From Ignavibacteriota bacterium (lineage in GTDB: Bacteria; Bacteroidota; Ignavibacteria; Palsa-1295): a stretch of 64,000 nucleotides of DNA. Shown here in pieces: positions 49,431 through 59,532 of the stretch. The stretch lies in NCBI GenBank assembly GCA_963787835.1, contig CAWBEI010000005.1, forward strand, positions 32,001-96,000. Reading direction: 5' to 3'. Position 1 is the stretch's first letter, and each line of letters starts with the position of its first letter. A model generated the notes under the pieces. That model saw only the letters and a program-made list of their open reading frames with translations. It had not been told where the DNA came from and searched no databases. Position numbers and translations under genes: made by a program.

Positions 49431-50348
49431 ATGCTCATCCGACTCCTTGTTGGTATCTCGTTGCTCTCGGTCTTGAATGGTTGTGCAGGGATGTTCAACC
49501 AAAATCAAGACCGCGCGGAAGTTTTCGGGCCGAAGGGAATCACGGCGACTGATCCGGATGGAAACCAACTTACGATTCATCACGAGTACGACCAGCAATT
49601 CTTAATGCTGCCTCGTTACGATACCTTTGTGACATTCCATTATGGGACGGCGAGCGAACGGGTATTATTGCAACGCTCGTATTGCTCCAGTACTTTGCTA
49701 GACTACCTTACCTTTTGGGGACTGTATATTGACGATGCACTCGGCACGTGGCGTCAATATGACCCGCTCATCGTTATTCTCGATTCCAATGGCGGTGTAG
49801 ATACTACGCTTCCACTTCCGAGTTTTTGGGAGCACGAAAATCGGCTGAGGCTTCTGCTTTCTTTAGGTTCTGGCATACCAACTGAGGTATATCAACCTCT
49901 TAATACCATCCTTCTCCATGGTGAGTATTCGATTGGATTCGGTATCCAGCATAAGATCGAACTTTATTATAATGCATCTGGCGAGGGTGTGTTTGGAGAA
50001 GGCATCGATTCCGATCGTTCCCTTCCTTCGATTGCTATCCAATCCCCTGTGCTTCGTTATTATCCGTTCGATAACTATTGTTTCTTCGAAGCAGGACCTT
50101 CACTTATCACTGTTACTATGGATAGTGCTTGGTGGAATCCTGGAACCCCTCTTCCAGGCAACCCAGAGTATGTTTCCCAACACTTGACCGGCCTAACTGC
50201 TGGCGTGGGCTGGTGCGGCGATCTCTCGTACTTCGATTTTCGCTATGAGTTCGGTTTTAAGCCCTATCAATTCTTCCAATTGGCACCACAACAGCTCCGG
50301 GAACTTGTATTAACGTTTGGGATGACTTTCAATCTATCAATAAACTGA
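49431..50348 (+). CDS. Lipoprotein with C-terminal beta-barrel-like region, paralogue 1
   Basis: Lipobox LNGC; alternating beta strands; strong similarity to the next ORF. Confidence 0.7.
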   Translation: MLIRLLVGISLLSVLNGCAGMFNQNQDRAEVFGPKGITATDPDGNQLTIHHEYDQQFLMLPRYDTFVTFHYGTASERVLLQRSYCSSTLLDYLTFWGLYIDDALGTWRQYDPLIVILDSNGGVDTTLPLPSFWEHENRLRLLLSLGSGIPTEVYQPLNTILLHGEYSIGFGIQHKIELYYNASGEGVFGEGIDSDRSLPSIAIQSPVLRYYPFDNYCFFEAGPSLITVTMDSAWWNPGTPLPGNPEYVSQHLTGLTAGVGWCGDLSYFDFRYEFGFKPYQFFQLAPQQLRELVLTFGMTFNLSIN

Positions 50349-50349
50349 G

Positions 50350-51258
50350 ATGTGTATGATTCTAAGACTGTGCATCCTTTGTGTCATGGTCACTCTTTTA
50401 TCCGGTTGCGCCTCACTTTTCAATGAGAACCGAAACCGTGCCGAGGTCATCGGGCCAAATGGAATGACCGCCACCGATCCGAATGGGAACAAGCTTTGGA
50501 TACAGCATGAGTCAGATCGGCAATTCTTGATCCTCCCGCAGTATGATACGTTTGTGACATTCCATTATGGGTACGCGAGTAAGCGGGTGTTATTAAAGCG
50601 TTCGTACTGTCCATATACGGCGCTTGACTATTTCCTTTTCGCTCCGGATTTGTTTATAGATGACGCAAGCGGCGCCTGGCGTCAGTATGACAGTATTCAT
50701 GTTAGCATCGATTCGAACGGGGGCGTGGACACACTCCTCCCGACTCCGAGTTTTTGGGAAAGCGATGACCGTCCAAGAATTCTTCTATCCTTTGGGGTAG
50801 GATATTCGAATGAATCAACACCTTCCTTGTTCCCAGCCTATAACGCGCTTGCGATTGGTCTTAGCTATCGCCACAAATTGGAACTCTATTACAATTCCTC
50901 CGCGGAAGTGTCCAATATCTACGGATTATCCAGTGCCGATACTTCTCCATCCGTGCAAATACAATCGCCGATCTTTCGATTTTACCCTTTGGGTAACTAT
51001 TTCGTCGAGGCTGGGCCATCCTTTCTTACCATTGAAATGGACACGTTTAAAGCCACGAGTAATGCAGATCTCAGTGTCGGGGTACCGATCGCATCGGAAC
51101 ATTTGACTGGAATAACGGCAGGGCTCGGCTGGTGCGGAGATTTTTCCTACGTCGACATTCATTATATATTTGGCTTCAAACCTTATCAATTCTTCAATTT
51201 GCCCGCCCAGCAGTTCCGCGAATTAGTTTTGTCTTTTGGATTGGTTTTTCGGTTATAA
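50350..51258 (+). CDS. Lipoprotein with C-terminal beta-barrel-like region, paralogue 2
   Basis: Lipobox LSGC; shares YDTFVTFHYG, WRQYD, GFKPYQFF and other blocks with paralogue 1. Confidence 0.7.
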   Translation: MCMILRLCILCVMVTLLSGCASLFNENRNRAEVIGPNGMTATDPNGNKLWIQHESDRQFLILPQYDTFVTFHYGYASKRVLLKRSYCPYTALDYFLFAPDLFIDDASGAWRQYDSIHVSIDSNGGVDTLLPTPSFWESDDRPRILLSFGVGYSNESTPSLFPAYNALAIGLSYRHKLELYYNSSAEVSNIYGLSSADTSPSVQIQSPIFRFYPLGNYFVEAGPSFLTIEMDTFKATSNADLSVGVPIASEHLTGITAGLGWCGDFSYVDIHYIFGFKPYQFFNLPAQQFRELVLSFGLVFRL

Positions 51259-51511
51259 TTATTTCTGTAATAAGAGAATATACGAATTAATGCCTCTTTT
51301 GCCCATTTCCTCGAAACTCTTCACCACCACATCCGGTTATAGGCGCGCTTGCAATAAAAAGGCACCGAAATTGGCTCAAAAACGCCAATTTTAACCTATG
51401 AGCGATCATGCTTGCAAGCGGCTCATTGATAAACATTCGCCTCTGCACTCTTAATTGAAGCGCTAAGAACAAACACTTCGGCACGCCGAAGGATGTGTTC
51501 GCAATGACCCC

Positions 51512-51607
51512 GGACGTGCCCAGCACGTCCCTACGGGAAGTTGCATTCCGAGCGCCCGCATGCGAATGACGATGGAAAAGGACGTGTACAGCACGTCCCT
51601 ACGGGAA
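51512..51607. repeat. Two direct copies of a 28-bp GTAG-type REP hairpin
   Basis: ggacgtg(cc/ta)cagcacgtccctacgggaa at 51512 and 51580. Confidence 0.8.
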
Positions 51608-51700
51608 TATCAATAATAAATTTTTTAAGCTTGCCGCAACCGATATTGGCTGCGTTGGGCTATTTTACGGTTTTTCGAATTAATTCTTTAGCACTTAACA

Positions 51701-52909
51701 ATGGCAAAAGCTAAATACGAACGTTCTAAGCCGCACGTAAATGTCGGCACGATCGGCCATGTCGATCATGGCAAGACCACGCTCACTGCGGCGATCACGA
51801 TGGCGCTCGCCAAGAAGATGCCGGGCAACGAGGTCCGCACTTTCGATTCTATCGATAATGCTCCGGAAGAGCGCGCTCGTGGAATCACAATAGCAACGGC
51901 ACACGTCGAGTACGAGACGGGGAACCGTCACTACGCGCACGTTGACTGCCCAGGCCACGCTGATTATGTCAAGAACATGATCACGGGTGCCGCGCAGATG
52001 GACGGCGCTATCCTCGTCGTTGCTGCAACGGACGGCCCGATGCCACAGACCCGCGAGCACATCTTGCTTGCACGTCAGGTCGGTGTGCCGCGTATCGTAG
52101 TATTTATGAATAAGGTTGATGCCGCCGACCCTGAGCTTTTGGAACTTGTCGAGCTTGAAATTCGCGAGCTTCTCAGCAAGTACGAATTCCCCGGCGACGA
52201 AATTCCGATCATTCCAGGCTCTGCGCTCAATGCGTTGAACGCCGGCGCCGATCCGGCCGCAGGTGTGGACGATCCACGACTCGCATGCATCTATAATCTT
52301 ATGGATGCCGTCGATAGCTACATCCCGACTCCAGTTCGCGATGTTGATAAGCCATTCCTCATGTCGATCGAGGACGTATTCTCGATCACGGGTCGTGGCA
52401 CGGTGGGAACCGGACGTATCGAGCGCGGTAAAGTTCACATTCAGGATGAAGTGGAAATCATCGGACTCGGTCAGCACAAGAAGTCGGTTGTTACCGGTGT
52501 CGAGATGTTCCGCAAGGAAATGGAAGAAGGACAAGCTGGCGATAACGTTGGTATTCTTCTCCGTGGCGTAGAAAAAACGGATCTGGAGCGCGGTCAGGTT
52601 ATCGCGAAACCGGGTTCGATCACGCCGCACACGAACTTCGATGCGAAAGTCTATGTGCTTTCGAAGGAAGAAGGCGGACGCCACACTCCATTCTTCAATG
52701 GCTATCGCCCGCAGTTCTACTTCCGCACCACGGACGTAACCGGCGTTGCAACATTGCCGGATGGCGTAGAGATGGTCATGCCTGGCGATAGCGTCCAGAT
52801 GAAGATCGAGCTTATTTCGCCGATCGCTATGGAAGAAGGACTCCGTTTCGCTATTCGCGAAGGCGGTCGCACGGTCGGAGCAGGCGTAGTAGATAAGATC
52901 ACGAAGTAA
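51701..52909 (+). CDS. tuf: Elongation factor Tu
   Basis: [32 protein letters not shown]. Confidence 0.99.
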   Translation: MAKAKYERSKPHVNVGTIGHVDHGKTTLTAAITMALAKKMPGNEVRTFDSIDNAPEERARGITIATAHVEYETGNRHYAHVDCPGHADYVKNMITGAAQMDGAILVVAATDGPMPQTREHILLARQVGVPRIVVFMNKVDAADPELLELVELEIRELLSKYEFPGDEIPIIPGSALNALNAGADPAAGVDDPRLACIYNLMDAVDSYIPTPVRDVDKPFLMSIEDVFSITGRGTVGTGRIERGKVHIQDEVEIIGLGQHKKSVVTGVEMFRKEMEEGQAGDNVGILLRGVEKTDLERGQVIAKPGSITPHTNFDAKVYVLSKEEGGRHTPFFNGYRPQFYFRTTDVTGVATLPDGVEMVMPGDSVQMKIELISPIAMEEGLRFAIREGGRTVGAGVVDKITK

Positions 52910-52956
52910 TTTATAAGAAGCGCGCACTTTCAACGGTGCGCGCTTCATTCGTTTTA

Positions 52957-53259
52957 ATGCAGAAGATCCGAATCAAACTGAAATCCTACGATCATAACCT
53001 GATCGATAAGAGCGCGGAAAAGATCATTCGTACCGTGAAGCCGACAGGCTGCGTGGTATCGGGACCGATTCCGCTGCCGACGAAGAAATCCATCTTCACG
53101 GTCAACCGCTCTCCTCACGTAGATAAGAAGAGCCGCGAGCAGTTTGAGATCCGCGCGCACAAGCGCCTGATCGATATTCTGAATTCGAACAGCCGTACCG
53201 TCGATTCGCTGATGAAGCTTGAATTACCGGCCGGTGTAGAAGTAGAAATTAAAGTTTGA
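52957..53259 (+). CDS. rpsJ: 30S ribosomal protein S10
   Basis: [32 protein letters not shown]. Confidence 0.99.
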   Translation: MQKIRIKLKSYDHNLIDKSAEKIIRTVKPTGCVVSGPIPLPTKKSIFTVNRSPHVDKKSREQFEIRAHKRLIDILNSNSRTVDSLMKLELPAGVEVEIKV

Positions 53260-53286
53260 GCGCAAAGCTCCACAATTTTCTCCAGA

Positions 53287-53417
53287 TGTCATTGCGAGGA
53301 GGAGATTGCGGAGCGAAGCGGAGCAATCTCCGACGAAGCAATCTCTTCGTCGATACGCACGAGATTGCTTCGTCGAACGGATCTCCCTTCGGTCGATCCG
53401 TTCTCCTCGCAATGACA
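53287..53417. repeat. 131-bp palindromic MITE/REP-like element
   Basis: 15-bp terminal IR tgtcattgcgaggag / ctcctcgcaatgaca; internal gacgaagcaatctc / gagattgcttcgtc IR. Confidence 0.85.
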
Positions 53418-53434
53418 GGACAACAGCGAAGAAT

Positions 53435-54070
53435 ATGAGCGCACTATTAGGTAAAAAAGTTGGTATGACCGGCATCTTTGACGATCAGGGACAATATGTT
53501 CCCGTGACCGTCATTCAGGCTGGCCCATGCTTCGTAACTCAGGTCAAGACGAAAGATGCCGATGGCTATGATGCCGTTCAGCTTGGTTTCGAGGACATGG
53601 ATGAGCGTAAGCTGAACAAGCCCGAAAATGGTCATTTCGCAAAAAGCGGCACATCGGCGAAGCGGTATCTGAAGGAATTCCGGTCGTTTCCCGATAGCGA
53701 ACTTGCGTCCATGACGCCGGGCAAAGCGATCAACGCAGCGGACCTTTTTCATGAAGGCGATACCGTGCATGTATCCTCGACCTCCAAAGGCCGCGGGTTC
53801 CAGGGCGTTGTGAAGCGCCATCATTTTGGTGGTGTCGGTCAAACGACGCACGGTCAATCCGACCGCCAGCGTGCGCCGGGATCGATCGGCTCGTCGAGCT
53901 ATCCTTCCCGCGTATTTAAAGGACAGCGTATGGGTGGTCGAATGGGTGGCAATCGCATTACCACGCGAAATCTTCGCGTGATGAAAGTGCTGCCGGAACA
54001 AAATTTAGTGCTCGTGAGCGGATCGTTCGCCGGGGCGAAGAACCAACTGGTGGAGATCGTAAAAGCTTAA
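53435..54070 (+). CDS. rplC: 50S ribosomal protein L3
   Basis: LLGKKVGMT, SKGRGFQGVVKRH, RAPGSIG. Confidence 0.99.
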   Translation: MSALLGKKVGMTGIFDDQGQYVPVTVIQAGPCFVTQVKTKDADGYDAVQLGFEDMDERKLNKPENGHFAKSGTSAKRYLKEFRSFPDSELASMTPGKAINAADLFHEGDTVHVSSTSKGRGFQGVVKRHHFGGVGQTTHGQSDRQRAPGSIGSSSYPSRVFKGQRMGGRMGGNRITTRNLRVMKVLPEQNLVLVSGSFAGAKNQLVEIVKA

Positions 54071-54074
54071 AAAG

Positions 54075-54749
54075 ATGGAAGTACAAGTTTTAAGTAAAAG
54101 CGGCATAGCGACCGGGCGCAGCGTAACGCTTGCGGACGATATCTTTGGTATCGAGCCGCACGAGCATGCGATGTGGCTGATGATCGAAACGCATCTTGCG
54201 AATCAGCGTCAGGGTACGCATAGCACACTGACGCGCGGAACGGTCTCTGGCTCGACGAAAAAGCTGTTTCGCCAAAAGGGAACCGGTCGTGCGCGTCAAG
54301 GATCGATCAAAAGCGGACTTCATCCGGGCGGTGGAACCATGCACGGCCCTCAGCCGCATAAATATGGGAAGTCGCTGCCGAAAAAAGTGAAGCAGCTTGC
54401 TCGCAAGAGCGCGCTTTCGGAGAAAGTAAAGAATAATGCGTTCGTCGTCGTCGAAGACTTAAATTTTGATTCGCCGCGCACGAAGCAAGTGCAGGAAGTT
54501 TTAAATGCACTGAATCTGAACACGAAGCAGGCATTGCTTTTAACCGCCGGCGATAACGCATCGGTCTATCTGAGCGGTAGGAACATTCCCACGCTTACGA
54601 TCTCCGCAGCAGATAAGGCTTCGATGTATGAAATTTGGAAGTCGCGAGCGATCATCGCTGAGGAATCGGCAGTTGCCGCGATCGAGAAGAGCTTTGCAGG
54701 GCTTGCGCAGGAAAAGCCGGAAGTCGAACACATTTCAATCCCGGCATAA
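54075..54749 (+). CDS. rplD: 50S ribosomal protein L4
   Basis: RQGTH, QKGTGRARQG, GGG..HGPQP. Confidence 0.98.
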   Translation: MEVQVLSKSGIATGRSVTLADDIFGIEPHEHAMWLMIETHLANQRQGTHSTLTRGTVSGSTKKLFRQKGTGRARQGSIKSGLHPGGGTMHGPQPHKYGKSLPKKVKQLARKSALSEKVKNNAFVVVEDLNFDSPRTKQVQEVLNALNLNTKQALLLTAGDNASVYLSGRNIPTLTISAADKASMYEIWKSRAIIAEESAVAAIEKSFAGLAQEKPEVEHISIPA

Positions 54750-54761
54750 GTATTAGAAGAA

Positions 54762-55079
54762 ATGGCACGAGAAGTTTTAAAACGCCCGCTCCTTACCGAG
54801 AAGGCAACATTGCAAGCCGAGAAGGGAATTTATCACTTCGAGGTGCTTGCCGATACGAATAAGATCGAGATCGCGGACGCGGTGCGCAAGCAGTTCGGCG
54901 TGATCATCAAGAGCGTTCGTATTTCCTGGCAAAAGCCGAAGCACAAAACGCAGTTCACCCGCAAGGGCGCGCGTCACGGCGTAAAACAGGGATTTAAGAA
55001 AGCGATCGTGCATCTCGCTCCGGGCCAAACGATCGACGTTTTTGCGCCGATGGATGCGAAGGAAAGGGGAGCGCTATAA
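54762..55079 (+). CDS. rplW: 50S ribosomal protein L23
   Basis: PLLTEKA, NKIEI..AV, KKAIV.L. Confidence 0.97.
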   Translation: MAREVLKRPLLTEKATLQAEKGIYHFEVLADTNKIEIADAVRKQFGVIIKSVRISWQKPKHKTQFTRKGARHGVKQGFKKAIVHLAPGQTIDVFAPMDAKERGAL

Positions 55080-55082
55080 ACA

Positions 55083-55919
55083 ATGGCTATTAGGAATTTA
55101 AAACCGAGAACGCCGGCGACGCGGTATTACTCGATCTCGACATTTGACGAGATCACGAAGACCACGCCGGAAAAATCGCTGCTCGAACCGCTGCGCAAAT
55201 CCGGCGGTCGTGGTAATACGGGACGCATCACCTCGCGCCATCGCGGCGGCGGACACAAGCGCATGTATCGCGTGATCGATTTCAAGCGCGACAAGATAGG
55301 CATTCCAGGCACAGTATCCTCGATCGAATACGATCCGAACCGTAGCTGCCGCATCGCGCTCATTACGTATGCCGATGGCGAAAAGCGATACATTCTTGCT
55401 CCAGAAGGTCTTGCCGTTGGTGGCACTATCACTTCAGGGCCTGATTCTGAGATCAACGTTGGCAATACGCTTCCGTTGAAGAATATGCCGCTCGGTACCA
55501 CGGTGCATAATGTGGAACTTACGGCAGGTCGTGGTGGGCAGATCGCTCGCTCGGCTGGCAATGCATGTCAGGTGATGGCAAAAGAAGGAGAATTTGCGAC
55601 GCTGAAAATGCCTTCGGGAGAAGCGCGCAAAATTCGTTTGGAATGTTTTGCAACGATCGGCCAGGTCGGTAATGCAGATTATTTTAACATTAGCTGGGGT
55701 AAAGCAGGGCGTTCGCGCTGGCTCGGTATTCGTCCGCAGACGCGCGGCATGGCGATGAATCCAGTCGATCACCCAATGGGCGGCGGCGAAGGTAAATCAA
55801 AATCTGGCGGTGGACGCCGGCATCCGAAGTCGCCGTGGGGTCAGCTTTCAAAAGGTTACAAGACTCGTAAGGGCAAGAACGCATCGACGAAGTATATCGT
55901 TAAGCGCCGCTCGAAATAA
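55083..55919 (+). CDS. rplB: 50S ribosomal protein L2
   Basis: [33 protein letters not shown]. Confidence 0.99.
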   Translation: MAIRNLKPRTPATRYYSISTFDEITKTTPEKSLLEPLRKSGGRGNTGRITSRHRGGGHKRMYRVIDFKRDKIGIPGTVSSIEYDPNRSCRIALITYADGEKRYILAPEGLAVGGTITSGPDSEINVGNTLPLKNMPLGTTVHNVELTAGRGGQIARSAGNACQVMAKEGEFATLKMPSGEARKIRLECFATIGQVGNADYFNISWGKAGRSRWLGIRPQTRGMAMNPVDHPMGGGEGKSKSGGGRRHPKSPWGQLSKGYKTRKGKNASTKYIVKRRSK

Positions 55920-55925
55920 AAAATT

Positions 55926-56207
55926 ATGTCACGTTCGCTAAAAAAAGGACCGTTCATCGATGAAAAGCTGCTCTCCAAAGTGGAGACGCTGAATGCTGCT
56001 CGTCAGAAAAAAGTGATCAAGACGTGGTCGCGTTCGAGCACCATTTCGCCCGACTTTGTTGGACACACGTTTACAGTTCACAACGGTAATAAGTTTATTC
56101 CGGTCTATGTGACGGAGAATATGGTGGGGCATAAGCTTGGAGAGTTCGCGCCGACGCGTCAGTTTCGAGGCCACTCCGGAACGAAAACGGAAGCAGCGAC
56201 GAAATAA
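55926..56207 (+). CDS. rpsS: 30S ribosomal protein S19
   Basis: [18 protein letters not shown]. Confidence 0.99.
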   Translation: MSRSLKKGPFIDEKLLSKVETLNAARQKKVIKTWSRSSTISPDFVGHTFTVHNGNKFIPVYVTENMVGHKLGEFAPTRQFRGHSGTKTEAATK

Positions 56208-56222
56208 AGAATTTTATATAGT

Positions 56223-56723
56223 ATGGCAAAGAGCGCACGCGCAATGAAGCGCAGTATTCAGAGTTCACCGGTCAAAATGAGGATCGTCCTCAATTTGATC
56301 CGCGGCAAGCGTGTGCCGGAGGCACTATCGATCCTCCATTTCACGCCGAACCATGCATCGATCGTGGCGGAAAAAACACTTCGCAGTGCCGTTGCGAATT
56401 TTCAGATGAATCCGGAGAACGCCCGCGTCGATGTGGACGATCTCTATGTGCGTGAGTGCTCCTCCGATGGCGGCGCAGTGCTCAAGCGTATTCTTCCCGC
56501 TCCGATGGGACGTGCGTTTCGGGTGCGCAAGCGTTCGAATCACTTGACGATCATCGTCGGTGATGAGCCGCTTGGAGGAATTAAGAAGACGCGCAAGCGT
56601 TCGGGCGCCAAGCCTGCCGTCGCAAGAACGAAGACGCCGAGTACAAAAGCAAAACAAGTTTCAAGTGTCGAAGAGGTTCCGGTGACGGACGCTGCGGCGG
56701 TAGAATCATCAACAAGCGAATAA
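56223..56723 (+). CDS. rplV: 50S ribosomal protein L22 with C-terminal extension
   Basis: SP.K.R.V..LIRGK, SAVAN, GRA..RKR..H.TI.V. Confidence 0.97.
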   Translation: MAKSARAMKRSIQSSPVKMRIVLNLIRGKRVPEALSILHFTPNHASIVAEKTLRSAVANFQMNPENARVDVDDLYVRECSSDGGAVLKRILPAPMGRAFRVRKRSNHLTIIVGDEPLGGIKKTRKRSGAKPAVARTKTPSTKAKQVSSVEEVPVTDAAAVESSTSE

Positions 56724-56738
56724 CGACTACATAATCTT

Positions 56739-57653
56739 TTGGGACAGAAAACAAACCCGGTCGGCTTCAGAGTCGCGGTAACGCGCCCATGGGATGCGCG
56801 TTGGTACGACGATAAAAACTTTGCGCAGAAGCTCGAAGAGGATAACCTCATTCGTTCCTATGTGAAGAACCGCTTGAAGCGTGCGGGCTTGTCGAAGCTG
56901 ACGATCGACCGCACGACCAAGCGCATCGTGGTAACCATTCACACATCACGCCCTGGCGTTGTGATTGGTAAGAGCGGGAAAGAAATTGCTCAAATCGAAG
57001 AGGAATTAAAGAATGTGACGGGCGGTAAGGAAGTAAAGATCCTTATCAACGAAGTGAAACGCCCGGAAACGGACGCACAGCTTATCGGCGATCAGATCGC
57101 GCAGCAGCTCGAAGGACGTATCGGTTTTCGCCGAGCGATGAAGGGCGCCATCTCCGCAGCCATGCGTTCTGGCGCGGAAGGCGTGCGTATCATGTGCGGT
57201 GGGCGGCTTGGCGGAGCAGAAATTGCGCGTTCGGAGCAGTATAAAGAGGGAAGAATTCCCTTACATACCCTTCGTGCCGATATTGATTTTGCTCGAAGCA
57301 CCGCGCATACCATCTATGGCGCTATCGGTGTGAAGGTTTGGGTTTGCCACGGTGATATCATCGGGCAAACACCGCTTCAGCTTGCAGCGGAAGTTGCAGT
57401 CAACGGAGTAGAGCAGCAGGATAAACGGCCGATCGTTTCCGCGGCAGGCGGCGAACGCCGACGACGCGGCGGCGGACGTGGCCGGGGCGATCGCGATGAG
57501 CGCGGAGGCGGAGAGCGCGGCGGTGATCGTGGAGATCGTCGCTCGGGTGGCGAACAAAGCGGGGAACCTGCGGTACTGAAACCGCGCAGACCACGCGCGG
57601 CACGCAGCGAAACAAGCACGACATCCGGGCCAATTATTCGAAAACAAGTTTAA
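56739..57653 (+). CDS. rpsC: 30S ribosomal protein S3 with Arg/Gly-rich tail
   Basis: GQKTNPVGFR, RPGVVIGK, GRIPLHTLRADID; TTG start. Confidence 0.98.
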   Translation: MGQKTNPVGFRVAVTRPWDARWYDDKNFAQKLEEDNLIRSYVKNRLKRAGLSKLTIDRTTKRIVVTIHTSRPGVVIGKSGKEIAQIEEELKNVTGGKEVKILINEVKRPETDAQLIGDQIAQQLEGRIGFRRAMKGAISAAMRSGAEGVRIMCGGRLGGAEIARSEQYKEGRIPLHTLRADIDFARSTAHTIYGAIGVKVWVCHGDIIGQTPLQLAAEVAVNGVEQQDKRPIVSAAGGERRRRGGGRGRGDRDERGGGERGGDRGDRRSGGEQSGEPAVLKPRRPRAARSETSTTSGPIIRKQV

Positions 57654-57665
57654 AGAAAGAAGAAA

Positions 57666-58085
57666 ATGCTTCTTCCAAAGAGAGTAAAATATCGCAAGGC
57701 GATGCGCGGTAAGGTCAAGGGCAATGAGACCCGGGGCACGGACGTTGCATTTGGTTCTTTTGGCCTGAAGGCGCTTGAATCCGGTTGGATCACCAGCCGC
57801 CAGATCGAAGCCGTTCGTGTTACGCTTTCGCGTACCATGAAACGTGATGGTAAGATCTGGATCCGGATTTTTCCGGACAAACCAGTGACGAAAAAGCCTG
57901 CAGAAACTCGTATGGGTTCCGGAAAAGGTTCTCCCGAGTTCTGGGTTTCGGTCGTAAAGCCGGGGCGCATCATGTTCGAGGTTGGCGGTATTACGCAGGA
58001 ACTTGCAACGGAAGCATTGCGGCTTGCTGGGCATAAGCTGCCCGTCAAGACCAAAATGGTCACACGGCCAGATTACGTAGAATAA
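57666..58085 (+). CDS. rplP: 50S ribosomal protein L16
   Basis: [15 protein letters not shown]. Confidence 0.99.
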   Translation: MLLPKRVKYRKAMRGKVKGNETRGTDVAFGSFGLKALESGWITSRQIEAVRVTLSRTMKRDGKIWIRIFPDKPVTKKPAETRMGSGKGSPEFWVSVVKPGRIMFEVGGITQELATEALRLAGHKLPVKTKMVTRPDYVE

Positions 58086-58101
58086 AGTTTAGAGAACGAA
58101 A

Positions 58102-58308
58102 ATGAAGGGACTGAAATACGCATCGCTTACGGAGCTAACGGAAGCGCAGCTCAAAAAGCAGATCGGCGAGAACCATGCGCGGCTTACCGCGCTCCGGTTC
58201 CAGAAGACCGTCGGCCAGCTCGATAATCATGCGCAGATCTCAACACTGCGCCAGGATATTGCGCGTATGCAGACGGCGCTCACTTCGCGGAAACCCGAAT
58301 CCAAATAA
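58102..58308 (+). CDS. rpmC: 50S ribosomal protein L29
   Basis: LRFQ...GQL, R.DIAR..T; position in the operon. Confidence 0.95.
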   Translation: MKGLKYASLTELTEAQLKKQIGENHARLTALRFQKTVGQLDNHAQISTLRQDIARMQTALTSRKPESK

Positions 58309-58311
58309 ACG

Positions 58312-58623
58312 ATGTCAGAAAACGAAAACATAGTGGCAGAAAGCGCAGCGACGGAAGTTGCTACTTCGGAAACTCGGGGACGGCGTAAAGAACGCGTCGG
58401 GAAAGTCGTGAGCGATAAGATGGATAAGACGATCATCGTGACGCTGACGCGCCAGGTGCCGCATCCGCTTTACAAAAAGTATTTTAAGAAGACGACGAAA
58501 TTCGTTGCGCACGATGAAAAGAATGATGCAAAGATCGGCGATATGGTTCGCATCATGGAAACCCGGCCGCTTTCGAAAACAAAGCGCTGGCGCGTCGTAG
58601 AAGTTTTAGAACGAGCGAAATAA
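58312..58623 (+). CDS. rpsQ: 30S ribosomal protein S17
   Basis: [22 protein letters not shown]. Confidence 0.99.
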   Translation: MSENENIVAESAATEVATSETRGRRKERVGKVVSDKMDKTIIVTLTRQVPHPLYKKYFKKTTKFVAHDEKNDAKIGDMVRIMETRPLSKTKRWRVVEVLERAK

Positions 58624-58631
58624 ATTTTTTG

Positions 58632-58699
58632 CGTAGCCGTGAGCTTTAGCTCACGGTGAAACTGGAAAATCACACCGTGGGCTAAAGCCCACGGCTACG
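58632..58699. repeat. REP doublet (GTAGCCGTGA family), copy 1
   Basis: gtagccgtgagctttagctcacgg ... ccgtgggctaaagcccacggctac. Confidence 0.85.
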
Positions 58700-58712
58700 A
58701 AGTAGAAGTATT

Positions 58713-59081
58713 ATGGTACAGGAAGAAACGAACTTAGTAGTAGCCGATAATTCGGGCGCAAAGCGCGTCCGGTGCATTCGTGTGCTTGGCGGACACGAGC
58801 GCCGCTATGCCGGCTTGGGAGATATCGTTGTCGTAAGCGTGAAAGCGGCGATCCCGAACGGTCAGGTGAAAAAAGGTGAAGTTTCCAAGGCTGTGATCGT
58901 GCGCACGAAAAAAGAATATCGCCGTAAGGATGGTAGCTACATTCGCTTCGATGAGAATGCAGTCGTCCTTTTGAACGCTCAGGGCGAGCCACGGGGCACG
59001 CGTATTTTCGGACCGGTTGCACGCGAACTTCGCGAGCGGCAGTATATGAAGATCGTTTCGTTGGCGCCGGAAGTAATTTAA
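58713..59081 (+). CDS. rplN: 50S ribosomal protein L14
   Basis: [24 protein letters not shown]. Confidence 0.99.
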   Translation: MVQEETNLVVADNSGAKRVRCIRVLGGHERRYAGLGDIVVVSVKAAIPNGQVKKGEVSKAVIVRTKKEYRRKDGSYIRFDENAVVLLNAQGEPRGTRIFGPVARELRERQYMKIVSLAPEVI

Positions 59082-59093
59082 GGAATTTTTATC

Positions 59094-59417
59094 ATGCGGG
59101 TAAAGAAGAACGACATCGTTGAAGTGATCACGGGCAAGAGCCGCGGCAAGCAGGGGAAGATCCTGCGCGTCTATCCGGAGACGAACAAGGTGCTCGTCGA
59201 AGGCGTGAACACGCAGTTCAAGCACGAGCGCCCGAGCGCGAAGAACCAAAAGGGTGGCATCACAACGCGGGAAGCGCCGATCAATGCATCGAATGTGATG
59301 CTCGTCGATCCGAAGACGAATCTTCGTACGCGCATCGGCAAACGCGAACTTATCGGAACCGAAGGCAAAGTACGTTTCGAGCGTTTCTCGAAACGGTCTG
59401 GCGATGTTTTAGCATAA
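59094..59417 (+). CDS. rplX: 50S ribosomal protein L24
   Basis: KKND.V.VI.GK, VEGVN, EAPI..SNV. Confidence 0.98.
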   Translation: MRVKKNDIVEVITGKSRGKQGKILRVYPETNKVLVEGVNTQFKHERPSAKNQKGGITTREAPINASNVMLVDPKTNLRTRIGKRELIGTEGKVRFERFSKRSGDVLA

Positions 59418-59420
59418 AGT

Positions 59421-59488
59421 GTAGCCGTGACCTTTAGGTCACGGTTGCGGAGTAAGATTTTACACCGTGAGCTAAAGCTCACGGCTAT
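59421..59488. repeat. REP doublet (GTAGCCGTGA family), copy 2
   Basis: gtagccgtgacctttaggtcacgg ... ccgtgagctaaagctcacggcta; followed by another GTAG hairpin at 59493-59516. Confidence 0.85.
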
Positions 59489-59532
59489 GAATGTAGTGAC
59501 GGCCAATATCGTCACTTAAAATGAAATAGAAG

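Noticed and set aside
51512-51607. Two 28-bp palindromic direct repeats with a 40-bp spacer, resembling a mini-CRISPR
   Set aside because: Only two units, no cas genes, and the GTAG-footed hairpin fits REP elements.
51695-52948. 417-aa antisense ORF over tuf, and similar antisense ORFs over lepA, gyrA and ribosomal genes
   Set aside because: Shadow frames caused by codon bias of highly expressed genes; no recognisable motifs.
53306-53434. Repeat-encoded N-terminal extension of L3
   Set aside because: The canonical L3 start (MSALLGKK) with an A-rich leader is at 53435; the upstream TTG lies inside the hairpin element.
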